Below, piece after piece: positions 25,341 to 38,246 of a DNA stretch of 64,000 nucleotides. The DNA comes from Sminthopsis crassicaudata (lineage: Eukaryota): positions 43,144,211-43,208,210 of the forward strand of contig NC_133623.1 in NCBI RefSeq assembly GCF_048593235.1, read 5' to 3'. Under the pieces are notes generated by a model that worked only from the letters and a program-made list of their open reading frames with translations, was not told where the DNA came from and did not search any database. Numbering within the stretch: the first letter of the stretch is position 1; every line of letters starts with the position of its first letter. The translations under genes and the position numbers were made by a program.

Positions 25341-26494
25341 CTGAGGAAAGACTAAAATGTTGGTGAATGGGAGAACAGAATCCCAAGGAACCAGGGTGAG
25401 GTTCAGTCCACGGCCTCTTAAGATTTAGACCCTTTCTAGTGGGTGAACTGAATTATCTAATTATCTGATAATTATAAGATTATCTGAGAGGTAAAGGCAG
25501 ACATGAAACGAAGAGGATAAGAGGGAAGGAAAGAAGTTATGAGCAGATATGGGGAGGTGAGTAAGTAGCAAAATAGAACCCATTAAAGACTAGATGGCAG
25601 AACCATGGAGATGGTGTGAAAATGCTGGGATTAGGGAGCTAAGGAATAGGGTGTGAGGAGGGAAAGGTAACTGAGATTCAGCTACAAATCAAAATGTCCT
25701 TATCCCTGGCACTCTGGGGTTTCTGCGCTACACTTTCAACTAGAGCCATCCAAAATACCATCAGGTCCCCAGCTGTCTAGGCCCCAGGCCTCCACCTCTT
25801 TAAGCATTCAGCTGCCTAACCCTATGCTGAGCCTATGAAATCAGACCTCCTATGGAGAGAACCCCTACTGAGTCACTGGTTCACCCCCCCCCCCATCGGC
25901 CAAGAAGTCCCCTGGCAGAAAAGGACCCAGATCTAACTCTGGTGCCTCTCGTCACTGCATTTTCTTACCTGGCAACCCCCTCTTAGCCTGACTGACACAA
26001 CCTAGCTCTTCTTCTGCCCAGGATCATAGATTTAGAATAGAAAGGGACCTCAATCTAGTCCCACTTCTTTATTTTATAAAGGAAGAAATTGAGTCCCAGA
26101 GTGGTTAAGTGACTTACTCCAATGTAACATAGCTAGAAGGGGGTAGGATTTGAACCCTGCTTATCAATGTTCCTTAGTTGCCAAACCCAATGGCCTTTTC
26201 TCTAGTCTCATTCCCCTTGACCTCTCTGCAGCCTTTAATACTGCTGATCACTCTCTTCTCTTTGACACTGATTTCCCTCTAGGTTTCTGGGACATCCCTC
26301 TCTCCTAGTTCTCCTACTTCTCTGATCTTCTTTCTCTTTTTCCTTTGCTGGCTCCTCTTCCTTTTCACTCCATCTGCATGGAACTGCCATCCAATGGTCT
26401 CTAACTGTAGGAGTCCTTCACTATTTATCCCAGGTCCTCTTTTCTTCTCCACTACTTGGCTTGGTAATCTCATCAGCTTCCATAGATTCAATTA

Positions 26495-26637
26495 NNNNNN
26501 NNNNNNNNNNNNNNNNNNNNNNNNNNNNNNNNNNNNNNNNNNNNNNNNNNNNNNNNNNNNNNNNNNNNNNNNNNNNNNNNNNNNNNNNNNNNNNNNNNNN
26601 NNNNNNNNNNNNNNNNNNNNNNNNNNNNNNNNNNNNN
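26495..26637. other. Assembly gap (143 N)
   Basis: N run, immediately followed by the head of an antisense SINE. Confidence 1.
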
Positions 26638-26693
26638 GGCCAAATTTGAACTCAGGTCCTCCTGCTCTATCCACTGCGCCCCCTAGCTGCCCC
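26638..26693 (-). mobile_element. Marsupial CORE-SINE (WSINE1-like) 5' part
   Basis: aaatttgaactcaggtcctcctg..ctctatccactgcgccccctagctgcccc. Confidence 0.85.
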
Positions 26694-27419
26694 AAGGCTG
26701 ATGATTCTCAATCTCCCTATGCTAAGCTCAACTTCTCTGCTGACCTCCAATCTCCTATTTCAAACTACCTTTCAGACACCTCAAATTGGCTGTCTAGTAG
26801 ACATATTAAACTCCATATATCTAAAACATACCTCATTGTCTTTCCCCCTAAACTCTCCCCCAGCCCTCCCTTCCTTATTGCTATAGAGGGTAATACCATA
26901 CTCCAGTCCCAACCTAGGAGTCACTCATGCTGGATTCCTATCTCTTTACTTTTGCAACATTTCTACATAGATCCCCTTCCTGCCTCGTATACTCCCCCCA
27001 TTCTAATACTGGCCCCCATCACCTCACACTTGGATTATTGCAGCAGCTTGCTGATTAACCTGCAGCCTTAAATCATCCTTCATTGAGCCACCCAAATGGT
27101 TTTCCTAAAGGGCAGGTCCAACTACATCACTGCCTCCCCCCCCCCCCAATTCAATAAACTCCAGTGACTTCCTTTCCTCCAGGAATCACTTAGAAAATCC
27201 TGTTTGGTATTCAAAGCCCTTCATAAGCTTGCCCCCTCCTACCTTTCCAGTCTTCCTTCAGCTCTTTGATCCAGTGAAACTAGTCTCCTGACTCTTCTGC
27301 AAACAAGAGCCCCCATCTCTGCTCCAGCCATTTTCTCTGGCTGCCCTCCCACCTGGAATGCTGTCTCTAGTCTGCACCAAATTCTGACCTCTTTGACTTC
27401 TTCTAAGTCCCAACTAAAG

Positions 27420-27610
27420 TCCCCAAAGGTCAAGGTCACCCACTGCATCCTGGACCAGCACCAGTCATCTAGACTTTTGTCTTGTCACTGGACTTTGATA
27501 ACCCTGGAGGAAATGGGAGGTCCTGCCTCACTTAAATACAACCCACCTGCAAGTCAAAGAGGTCACCTTCCTAATGTTATTGGTCTTCTTTGAGAATAAA
27601 CAACCACAAA
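27420..27610 (+). mobile_element. MAR1-type marsupial SINE tail
   Basis: caaggtcacccactgcatcctgg...ctgcctcacttaaatacaacccacctgcaagtcaa...gtcttctttgagaataaacaa. Confidence 0.55.
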
Positions 27611-27789
27611 GTCCTGCCTTCTACGGAAGCCCTCTTCAACTCTTCTGAATTCCAGTGCCTTCTTTCTGGTCATCGTTTCCAGTTTATCCTGCATATAGCC
27701 TGCTATTTCTATGGAATTCTTATTCAGATATGAGTTGAACTAGAGGGCCGCTAAGATGACCTTCCAACTCAACACAATTTACAAGATCA

Positions 27790-27900
27790 ATAGATGACAG
27801 ATGATAGATGATAGAACAATGATAGAGAGATGACAGATTATCATCATAGATATCATATCTGTCATAGAAAGATAGAAAGATAGATAGACAGACAGACAGA
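27790..27900. repeat. (GATA/GACA)n microsatellite
   Basis: tagatgacagatgatagatgatag...gatagaaagatagatagacagacagacaga. Confidence 0.8.
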
Positions 27901-29219
27901 CAATCAAGAGAGAAGATCAAGGAAGATTTCTTGGGGTAGATGATATGTCCATCTAGGATATATTTTCATAATACAATACCATATAATACAATACAGTATC
28001 ATATAATAGATGGCCGATGACACTATGTTGGGGCTTTATTGATGCTTCCAGTAGTGCGTTGCCAGTCGTCTCTGCTACATGTCATTCAATGATTATAACA
28101 TGGCCTGGTCTTTGGAGAAGGAAATTCAGAGATCTGTGGACTTTTGACCATTCATTTGGGTGAAATGAACCCAAGTCAGGCTTTATAACTTTGGAAGTAG
28201 CTAGGGGGAACTATAACTGTAACCTTCATTTAAAAAATCACTCCTGCCAAGCAGTTTTGAAAAGATCTAATAATCATTCTTCTCTCCTTCCTCTCCTAGT
28301 CTTAACATCTGGAAAGAAAACTCATTCCAAATCATGATCAAAGATCTCAACTAGAAAAGCATTTGAAAATTTGAATTCCACCACTGGAAATAAGGCAGAA
28401 CCAACTGAAAAGCTCTTGCTACACATACTTTTATGGACCAAGGCAAGTCTGTCCATAAGGTAATACTTGTTCTAGGCAAGGTTACAAAAAGATTATCCTA
28501 GGGGTCTATGGCTTTCTGCAACTATACAGATAGTAAAATTCGTTTTCTTCTTAGGACAGCAAAAAAGTCACAAATAGATACAACTCGAAATAAGCTGATT
28601 GACTTTACTTCAATGACATTTAGTAAACCATAGAGGTCAAGCACAAAGATCATCTAATCCATCCTGTGAAATGGTCACTGTACTTTTTTTTAGCCAGGGG
28701 GACACTCTAAAGGAGTCATCTCTGGCTTTCTTTGTGTCTTTCTCTCAAAATGGCACACACTTGTTGCCAGAGTCTGTATCTGCTTTAAGTCCTATCTAGG
28801 AATGAGTTTATGCCGCCCTCCTACCTGCAATGCCCTCCCCAGGTGGAAATGTGCTAGGTTTGGAGTTAGAAGACTTGTGTTCAAATTTGGGCTTTTCCAT
28901 AGGCTATCTGAGGGGCTGTGGACAATTCATGTTACTTCTCTGGGCCTCCCTTTCCTCATCTTTAAATAGTAAAAATGTGATTTTTGGTGGCATGATACAG
29001 TGAAATGAGCATTGATCTTAAAATAATAGGACCTGAGTTTGAATTCCACCTTTGTAGTTTACTATCTGCGTGACCTTAGACAAGCCACTCTGGGCCTCAG
29101 TTTACTCATCTGTAAAATGAGGAAGTTGGATTAGATGTCTTTCCAGCTCTAGATCTATGATTATCATCTCATTGTCATAGTTTTGGATAGGGTTCAGATA
29201 GAAATGGCCCTATTTATGA

Positions 29220-29320
29220 AAAAGAGGAGGAGGAGGAGAAGAAGGAGAAGGAGGAGGAGGAGGAGGAAAAAGAGGAAGAAGAGAAAGAAGAGAAAGAAAA
29301 AGGAGCAGCAGAAGAAAAAC
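29220..29320 (+). repeat. Polypurine (GAG/GAA)n tract
   Basis: aaagaggaggaggaggagaagaaggagaaggaggaggaggaggaggaaaaagaggaagaagagaaagaag. Confidence 0.9.
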
Positions 29321-30594
29321 CAACAGTGATCAGAATTGTGATTTTTTTGTAGGCTATCTACTCTAAGATGAGGAAACTGCCTCAATACTGACAGACACCT
29401 TTTCTCATATTAACTTTCTGTCTTTAAGAGTTGCCCAGAGCACTGAGAAGTTAAGTGACTTGTCCAGAGTCACATCACTAGTAGATGTCAGAGGCAGGAC
29501 TACCCTGAGTCTAAACCTTGGTTACTACTACACCTTGGTCACCTTTCAGTAATAAAAAGAATGGTTATTTATGATTACTTTGGCTGACCTCAACTACATA
29601 TTAGAAGAATGCAATCTGATTGAAATAATCATAAGTGGAACTGGGGGGGCAGGGTGGAGCATTGGGAGGTTCCCTCCCCAGTGGTATTTGCAAGTCAAAG
29701 CAGTCAATGTCATTAAGAGCCAATTCAGTCCCCTAAGGCCAAGGTGACACACTGGGATACACCAGAAGGGAAACAGGAAAGAAGGGATTTCAGGGAAGGG
29801 AGTGGCCCGCACAATTCCTCCTTTTGGATATGAAAAGGGATTTGGGGCATCAATTAGGGAATCCATTTAGAGAGAAAGAGGACCTGAAAGGGAGAAGATA
29901 TGAGAACCAGACAGTGAGGGGTTTTCAATGCTAGACTGATGCTTGAGGCAGTGGGAAGTCACTTAAGACTTTCCCTACTGGAATATGACAAAGGTCAAGT
30001 GTTAACCCCAAAGCCTAAGAAGTGGAATTTTCCTTTAGTGGGAGAGATTTTGAGAGATGTGCTTCCTGGCTCTCATAGCTCACAGCTGCCTCGCCCAGTC
30101 TTCCCACTCAGAAGGCCAAGCCCAAGGTCAGAATTGTTGGGCTTCTCCCAGCTTCTGTTTCCCCAACTGAGCCTGAGCAAGACCCTTAACTTCTCGTTCT
30201 TTTATAAGAACACAGATGCCTGCCTCCATGGCCAAGCTTAGAAAATTATTTTTTGGGAACAGAATCTTGAGAAGCATCACATTTTCCGGGGCCACACATA
30301 CAAATTGAAGATATATGAGGCTAGCCTGGGCCTTCACAAGCCATCTGAGGACTTTAAGAGCACTGAGAAGAGGACTGCTAAAGATCCCTCCACCCTAAGA
30401 CTCTGGATTCACATGTGAGAAGAGCTCTTAAAGATCCCTCCTCATTGAGGCTTGCTGTGTCTCAGGATCAGTAATATATCTTCTCTAAAATCTAAGAGAA
30501 GAAATATTCTATTCTGAGGCCAGAAGACTTTAGAATCATTGAGGAGGTTATTAGAACACAAACACTCTAAGGTCCGGGGACCTTAAAATTATTG

Positions 30595-31198
30595 CTATAA
30601 GAGATACAAAGAGAAATTTCATTTAAAATAACCGTCCAGGAGGCAGCTAGGTGGCACAGTGGATAGAGCACCAGCCTTGAATTCAGGAAGACCCGAGTTC
30701 AAATCTGATCTCAGACACTTAACACTTCCTAGCTGTGTGACCTGAGCAAATCACTTAACCCCAGCCTCAGAGAAAAAAAATAAATAAATAAAGTAACTGT
30801 CCATAATATAAAATATTTGGGAGTCTATCTGCTAAGGGAAAGTCAGGAATTATATGAACAAAATCACAAAACATTTTCCACACAAAGTCAGATCTAAACA
30901 GCTGGAAAAAGATCAAGTGCTCATGGGTAGGCCGAGTGAATAATAATAAAATACTACCTAAATTAATTTGCTTATTCAGTGGCATACCAATCTAGACTAC
31001 CAAGAAATTATTTTACCAAGCTAGAAAAAAATAATAAAGTTCATCTGGAAGAACAAAAGGTCAAAAATTTCAAGGGAACTAATGAAAAACATACAAATGA
31101 AGGTGATGAGGTGTGAGGTAGCCTAGCTGTGCCAGATCTAAAACTATAGTATAAAGCAACAGACATCAAAACCATTTGGTACTGGCTAAGAAATAGAT
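30595..31198 (+). mobile_element. Internal L1 ORF2 fragment (no 3' end), split by a SINE
   Basis: Homologous to 7135-7575 of the L1 above (gagatacaaagagaaatt...aaaatatttggga...catttggtactggctaagaaataga). Confidence 0.85.
30638..30789 (+). mobile_element. Marsupial CORE-SINE (WSINE1-like), full length
   Basis: ggcagctaggtggcacagtggatagagcaccagccttgaattcaggaagacccgagttcaaatc with A-tail; TSD aaaataaccgtcc / aaagtaactgtcc. Confidence 0.92.
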
Positions 31199-31321
31199 TC
31201 CTCTGCTCTTGGGCCCTGTGTTTAAATGTCAGAAGATTTTGTAAATACCCTTTTGCTTTGGGCTTTTTGTCTTTATATGTGAGAATTTTTAATGATCCCT
31301 TCACAGTTCAGGCAGTAAATT

Positions 31322-31943
31322 ATTTTTTTATTATAGCTTTTTATTTGCAATTTATATGCATGGGTAATTTTTCAGCATTGATAATTGCAAAACCTTTTGT
31401 TCCAATTTTTCCCTCCTTCTTCCCACCCCCTCCCCCAGATGGCAGGTTGACCAATACATGTTAAAAAAGTTAAAGTATAAGTTAAATACAATTTATGTAT
31501 ACATGTCCAAACGGTTATCTTGCTGTACAAAAAGAATCGGACTTTGAAAGAGTGTACAATTAGCCTGTGAAGGAAGTAAAAAATGCAGGAGGACAAAAAT
31601 AGAGGGATTGGGAATTCTATGTAGTGGTTCATAGTCATCTCCCAGAGTTCTTTCACTGCGTGTAGCTGGTTCAGTTCATTACTGCTCTGTTGGAACTGAC
31701 TTGGTTCATCTCATTGTTGAAGAGGGCCACGTCCATCAGAACTGATCATCATATATTATTGTTGTTGAAGTAGATAATGATCTCCTGGTCCTGCTCATTT
31801 CACTCAGAAGCAGTTCCTGTCAGTCTCTCCAGGCCTTTCTGAAATCCTCCTGCTGGTCATTTCTTACAGAACAATAATATTCCATAACATTCATATGCCA
31901 CAATTTATTCTGCCATTCTCCAATTGATGGGCATCCGTTCAGT
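31322..31943 (-). mobile_element. Antisense L1 3' fragment inserted in the satellite
   Basis: Reverse L1 ORF2 end plus 3'UTR; perfect 15-bp TSD ttcaggcagtaaatt (31307-31321 / 31944-31958). Confidence 0.92.
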
Positions 31944-32061
31944 TTCAGGCAGTAAATTCTTAAAGATCTTTCCAATCTAGAGTACTGTATTCATAGATGA
32001 TATGAGCTCCTTCAAGAGAAGTTCTCTTCAAGAACCCACCACACTTGGGCCTTATGTTCAA

Positions 32062-32203
32062 TTTTTTTTTCCCCTGAGGCAAATGGGGTTGACTCTCCCA
32101 GGGTCACACAACTAGGAAGTGTTAAGTGTCTGAGGTCAGTTTTGAACTAGGGTCCTCCTGATTTCAGGGCTGATGCTCTATCCACTGCGCCACCTAGCTG
32201 CCC
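32062..32203 (-). mobile_element. CORE-SINE (WSINE1-like) inserted in the satellite
   Basis: T-tail...gctctatccactgcgccacctagctgccc; flanking tatgttcaa duplicated. Confidence 0.9.
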
Positions 32204-32421
32204 TACTATGTTCAAATTTAATATGTATTAAGGGTGCTTCTGCAATAGAGCATTATATATAGCAACTCTTTAAAGATCCCTTCACATTGAGGGACTATTT
32301 TCAATCTGAGAAGAGATTAAAGATTACTCTGCATTAGGGCATTGTGTTCAAACATGATCCTTCCACCCTTGGGATCTTTAAGACCTTTAAGAGTAACAAC
32401 TCTTAAATTTCCCTTCATCTG

Positions 32422-33002
32422 ATGAATGTTATGGAATATTATTATTCTGTAAGAAATGACCAGCAGGAGGATTTCAGAAAGGCCTGGAGAGACTTACAGG
32501 AACTGATGCTGAGTGAAGTGAGAAGAACCAGGAAATCATTTATACATGGCAAGAACAAGATTATACATGATCAATTCTGATGGACCGGGCTCTCTTCAAC
32601 GAAATGATTCAAACCACTTCCAATTATTCAGTGATGAAGAGAGCCATGCACATCCAGAGAGAGGACTGTGGGAGCTGAGAGTGGATCACAACATAGCATT
32701 TTCACTCTTTGTTGTTGTGTGCTTCTATTTTATTTTGCTTCTCATCTTTTTTTCTGGTTTGATTTGATTTTTCCTGTGTGGCAAGATAATTGTATAAAAA
32801 TGTATGCATACATTGGATTTAACATATATTTCTACCACGTTCAACAAGTATTAGATGAACTACCTGCCATCTAGAGGAGGGGAGTAGGAGAAGGGGGGAA
32901 AACTGAAACACAAGGTTTTGCAAGGGCTAATGTTGAATAACTGTCCTCGTATGTTTTGAAAAATAAAAAGATTTAATAAAGGAAAAAAATTAAATAAAAA
33001 AA
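32422..33002 (+). mobile_element. L1 3' fragment inserted in the satellite
   Basis: atgaatgttatggaatattat...3'UTR and A-tail; TSD ttcccttcatctg (32409-32421 / 33003-33015). Confidence 0.92.
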
Positions 33003-33232
33003 TTCCCTTCATCTGGAAGGATCGTTAAGAGCTGTTCTCACATATGAACACAGTGCCCTACTGCCGAGGAGTCTGACAGTTCTCTCCTCAGATTGAAAAA
33101 GAGTCCCCAATATACAGGACTCATTAAGAGAATTCTTAAATATCCCTCCACTTTCAGGTACTATTTTCCAATTTGAGGAGAAAATTCTCAAAAATCCCTC
33201 CATACTAGGGCACTATGTTCATATGTGAGAAC

Positions 33233-33380
33233 TTTTTTTTTTTTTTTTTTGCTGAGGCAATTGAGGATAAGTGACTTGCCTAGGATCACACAGATAGTTA
33301 ATTGTTTGAGATCATATTTGAACTCAGATTCTCCTGACTTCAGGGCTGGTACTCTATCCACTGTGCCACCAAACTGCCCC
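33233..33380 (-). mobile_element. CORE-SINE (WSINE1-like) inserted in the satellite
   Basis: Poly-T...ctgacttcagggctggtactctatccactgtgccaccaaactgcccc. Confidence 0.9.
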
Positions 33381-36300
33381 AAGAGCTCTTCTTGCATATG
33401 AACATAGTGACTTAGTGTGGAGGAATCTTTAAGAATTCTCTTATCAGATTGGAAAATAGTCCCCAATGTGCAGAACTCATTAAGAATTCTCACACATGGA
33501 GCCCAAGCATGGAAGGATCTTTAAGCATTTTCATCTCAGATGGAACAACAGTGCCTGAATGAGCAGGGATCTTTGAGTTCTCACATATGAACACAGAGCC
33601 CAAGGGAGGAAGGATCTTTAAGAGTTATTTTTTCAGAATTGTAAATAGTGCCTGAAAGTGGAGTAATATTTAAGAGTTGTGATATGTGAGCATAGAGCCA
33701 CAGGGCAGAAGGATCTTTTAGAGCTTTTCTTCCATATGAACACACTGCCCTAGTGTGGAGGGAATCTTTGAGAATTCTTTGCTCATATTGGAAAATAGTG
33801 CCTGAATGGAGGGATAGTTAAGAGTTCTCACATATGAACAGAGCCCATGTGTGGAATGATCATTAAAAATTTTCTCAAATTTGGATACTGGGACTAGATA
33901 CGGAGGGATATTTAACATCTCTTTTCTCACATATGAACACATTATACAAGCTTGGAGGGACCTTTAAGAGCTCTTCTTGCATATGAACACAGAGCCCAGA
34001 ATCTTTGAGAATTCTCCCCTCAGATTAGAAAATAGTCCCTGAATGTAGAGGGATATTTAAGAGTTCTCACATATGAACACAGAGCCCAAATGGGGAAGGA
34101 TAATTATAAAGTTTTCCCAAACTTGTAAATTGAAGCCTAAAAAGCATAGGGATATTTATTTAACAGCTCTTCCCACTTAAGAACACAGCACTTTAGTATG
34201 GAGGGATTTATAAGAATTCTTTTCTCCAATTGGAAAATAGTCCCTGAATATGGAGGTATCATTAAAAGGTCTCACATATGAACACAGTAAAAAGTCTTCT
34301 CAAATTTGTATTCTGCCACCAAGTGCAGAAGGATCTTGAAAACCTCTCCTCACACAAGAACACAGTGCCCTACTTTGGAAGATTCTTTGGGATTTCTCTC
34401 CTGAGATGTAAAATAATACAGGAATATCTATAAATTCTCAAATATTAATGCAAAACCCAGTTGTGAAAGGATCCTTAAAAAGCCTTTTGAAATTGAGCAC
34501 TTAGCTTATGTGTGCAGAGATATTTAAGAGCTCTTTTCACGTATGAACAGACCACACTAGAAAGGAGGGATCTTGAAAAATTCTCTGCTCGGATTGAAAA
34601 ATAGTCCCCATTAAGGCAGGACTGATTAAGAATTCTCACATATGAACACAGAGACCAAAGGCGAAAGGATCTTTAAGTCCACTTCTCACATATGAACACA
34701 GTACCCTCCTGGGGAGGGATCTTTGAGATTTCTCATCTTAGATAGAAAATAGTGCCTGAATATGGAAGGATATTTAATAATTTTCCCATATTAACACCAA
34801 GACTAGTTGAGGAAGGATCCTTTAAAAGTCTTTGCAATTTTGTGCACTTGGGCTATGTGCGCAAGGATATTTAAGACCTCTTCTCACATGTGAACAGGGT
34901 GCACTATTGGGAAGGGATCTTTGAGATTTCTCACCTTAGTTAAAAAATAGTGCCTGAATGTGGAGGAATATTTAAAAATTTTACCTTATGAAGAGAGAAC
35001 CCAGGTGCAGAAGGATCAGTAAAAAGTCTCTGAAATTTGTATCCTGCCGCCAAGTGAGGAAGGATCTTTAAGACCTCTTCTCAAATAAGAACACAGTGCA
35101 CTACTGGGGAGGAATCTTTAAAATTTCTCACCTTACTTGGGAAATAGTGCCTGAATATGGAAGGATATTTAAGAATTCTCATATATTAATGTCAAGACTA
35201 GTTGAGGAAGGACACTTTAAAAATCTTTTCAATTTTTGTGCACTTGGCCTATATGCGCAGGGATATTTAAGACCTTTTCTCACATATGAACAGTGTGCCC
35301 TAGTGAGGTGCGATCGCGGACAATACTCTCCTCACATTGTAAAATAGCCCAAATAGGCGGGACTCATTAAGACTTCGCACATTTGAACACAGACCAAGGG
35401 TACAGGGATTTTTAAGAATTTTCTCGCTTGTGAACACATGGCCCTGCTGAGGAAGGATCTTTCATATTTCTGTCCTCAGATGGAAAATAGTATCTTAATG
35501 TGGAGGGATATTTGCAAATTCTCCCATATGAAGACAGAACCCAGGTGCGGAAGGATCAGTAAAAAGTCTCTGAAATTTGTATCCTGCCGCCAAGTGAGGA
35601 AGGACCTTTAAGAACTTCTCAAATAAGAACACAGTGCACTACTGGGGAGGGATCTTTGAGATTTCTCACCTTAGATAGAAAATAGTACCTGAATGTGGAG
35701 GGACATTTAAAATTTTACCTTATGAAGACAGAACCCAGGGTGTGGAAGGATCAGTAAAATGTCTTCAGATATTTATGTCCTGCCGCCAAGTGAGGAAGGA
35801 TCTTTAAGACCTCTTTTCACATATGAACACAGGGCACTAGTGGGGAAGGATGTTTGAGATTTCTCCTCTTACATGGAAAACAGTGCCTGAATGTGGAAGG
35901 ACATTTAAGAATTCTCATATATTAATGCCAAGACTAGTTGAGGAAGGACCCTTTAAAAGTCTTTTCCATTTTGTGCACTTGACCTGTGTGCACAGGGGTA
36001 TTTAAGACTTCTTCTCACATATGAACAGGGTGCCCTAGTGAGGTGCGATCATGAACAATACTCTCCTCATATTGTAAAATAGTTCCAAATAGGCGGGACT
36101 CACTAAGACTTCTCACATTTGAACATAGAGCAAGGGTGGAGGGATTTTTAAGAATTTTTCTCGCTTGTGAACACATGTCCCTGCAGAGGATGGATCTTTA
36201 ATATTGCTCTTCTCACATGGAAAATAGTACCTCAATGTGGAGGGATATTTACAAATTCTCCCATATGAAGACAGAACCCAGGTGCGGAAGGATCAGTAAA

Positions 36301-38246
36301 AAGTCTTCAGATATTCATATCCTGCCGCCAAGTGAGGAAGGATCATTAAGACCTCTTCTCACATATGAACACAGTGCACTAGTGTGGAGGGATCTCTAAG
36401 ATTTTTCACTTTACATGGAAAACAATGCCTGAATGGGGAAGGATATTTAAGAAATCTCCCCTATTAAAGCGAAAACTAGTTGAGGAAGGACCTTTTAAAA
36501 GTCTTTACAATTTTTTGCACTTGGCCTACGTGCGCAGGGATATTCAAGACCTTTTCTCACATATGAACTGGGTGCCTAGTGAGGAGCAATCACGGACAAT
36601 ACTCTCCTAACATTGTAAAATAGACCCAAAAAGGCAGGACTCATTAAGACTTCTTACATTTGAACATAGAACAAGGGTAGAGGGATCTTTAAGAATTTTT
36701 CTCGCTTGTGAACACAGGACCCTGCAGAGGATGGATCTTTGATATTGCTCTCCTCACATGGAAAATAGTACCTCAATGTGGAGGGATATTTACAAATTTT
36801 GCCATATGAAGACAGAACCCAGATGCGGAAGGATCAGTAAAAAGTCTTCAGATATTCATATCCTGCCGCCAAGTGAGGAAAGATCTTTAAGACCTCTTCT
36901 CACATATGTACAGTGTGCTCTAGTGAGGTGCAATAGCGGACAATACTCTCCTCACATTGTAAAGTAGTCCCACATAGGCGGGACTCAAGACTTCTCACAT
37001 GTGAACACACACCAAAGGTGGAAGGATTTTAAAGAATTTTTCTCATTTGTGAACATAGGACCCTCCTGAGGAGGGATCTTTCATATTTCTCTCCTCTCAT
37101 GGAAAATAGTGCCTTAATGTGTAGGCATATTTGCAAATTCTTCCATATTAAACATAACACAGGTGTGGAAGGATCAGTAAAAAGTATTCAGATATTCATA
37201 TCCTGCCACCAAGTGAGGAAAGATCATTAAGACCTCTTCTCAGATATGAACACAGTGCACTAGTGGGGAGGGATCTTTGAGATTTCTCACCTTACATGGA
37301 AAATAGTGCCTGAATGTGGAGGGATATTTAAGAATTCTCATTTATTAACGCCAAGACTACTTGAGGAAGGACCCCTTAAAAGTCTTTTCAATTTTGTGCA
37401 CTTGGCCTACGTGCGCAGGGATATTTACGACTTCTCACAATACTCTCCTCACAATGTAAAATAGTCCCAAAAAGGCAGGACTCATTAAGACTTCTCACAT
37501 TTGAACACACACCAAGGGTGGAGAGATTTTTAAGAATTTTTCTCCCTTGTGAACACATGGCCCTGCTGAGGAGGGATCTTTCATACTTCTGTCCTCAGAT
37601 GGAAAATAGTGCCTTAATGTGGAGAGATATTTGCAAATTTTCCCATATGAAGAGAGAACCCAGGTGCAGAAGGATCAGTAAAAAGTCTCTGAAATTTGTA
37701 TCCTGCAGCTAAGTGAGGAAGGACCTTTAAGACCTCTTCTCACATATGAACATAGTGCACTAGTGGGGAGGGATCTTTGAGATTTCTCTCCTTACAAGGA
37801 AAATAGTGCCTGAATGTGGAAGGATATTTAAGAATTCTCACATATTTACACCAAGACTAGTTGAGGAAGGACCTTTTAAAAGTCTTTACAATATTGTGCA
37901 CTTGGCCTATGTGCACAGGGATATTTAAGATCTCTTCTCACATATGAACAGTGTGCCCTAGGGAGGTGCGATTGGGGACAATATTCTCCTCACATTGTAA
38001 AATAGTGCCAAAAAGGCATGATTCATTAAGACTTCTCACATTTGAACACAGACAAGGGTTCAGGGATTTTTAAGAATTTTTCTTGTTTGTGAACATATGG
38101 CCCTGCTGAGGAGGGATATTTGATATATCTCTCCTCCCATGGAAAATAGTGCCTTAATGTGGAGGGATATTTACAAATTCTGCCATATGAAGACAGAACC
38201 CAGGTGTGGAAGGATCAGTAAAAAGTCTCTGAAATTTGTATTTTGC

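Larger units (their letters stand above)
26165..27710 (+). mobile_element. L2 LINE fragment interrupted by a gap, a SINE and a MAR1-type element
   Basis: gttgccaaacccaatggccttttctctagtctcattccccttgacctctctgcagc...tgctgacctccaatctcctatttcaaactacc...caataaactccagtgacttcc. Confidence 0.85.

Noticed and set aside
26394-27071. 225-aa ORF and other ORFs spanning N runs
   Set aside because: Artefacts of N gaps within L2 sequence.
35340-35365. CENP-B box in aataggcgggac
   Set aside because: Only the CGGGA half matches; the TTCG half of the 17-bp box is absent.
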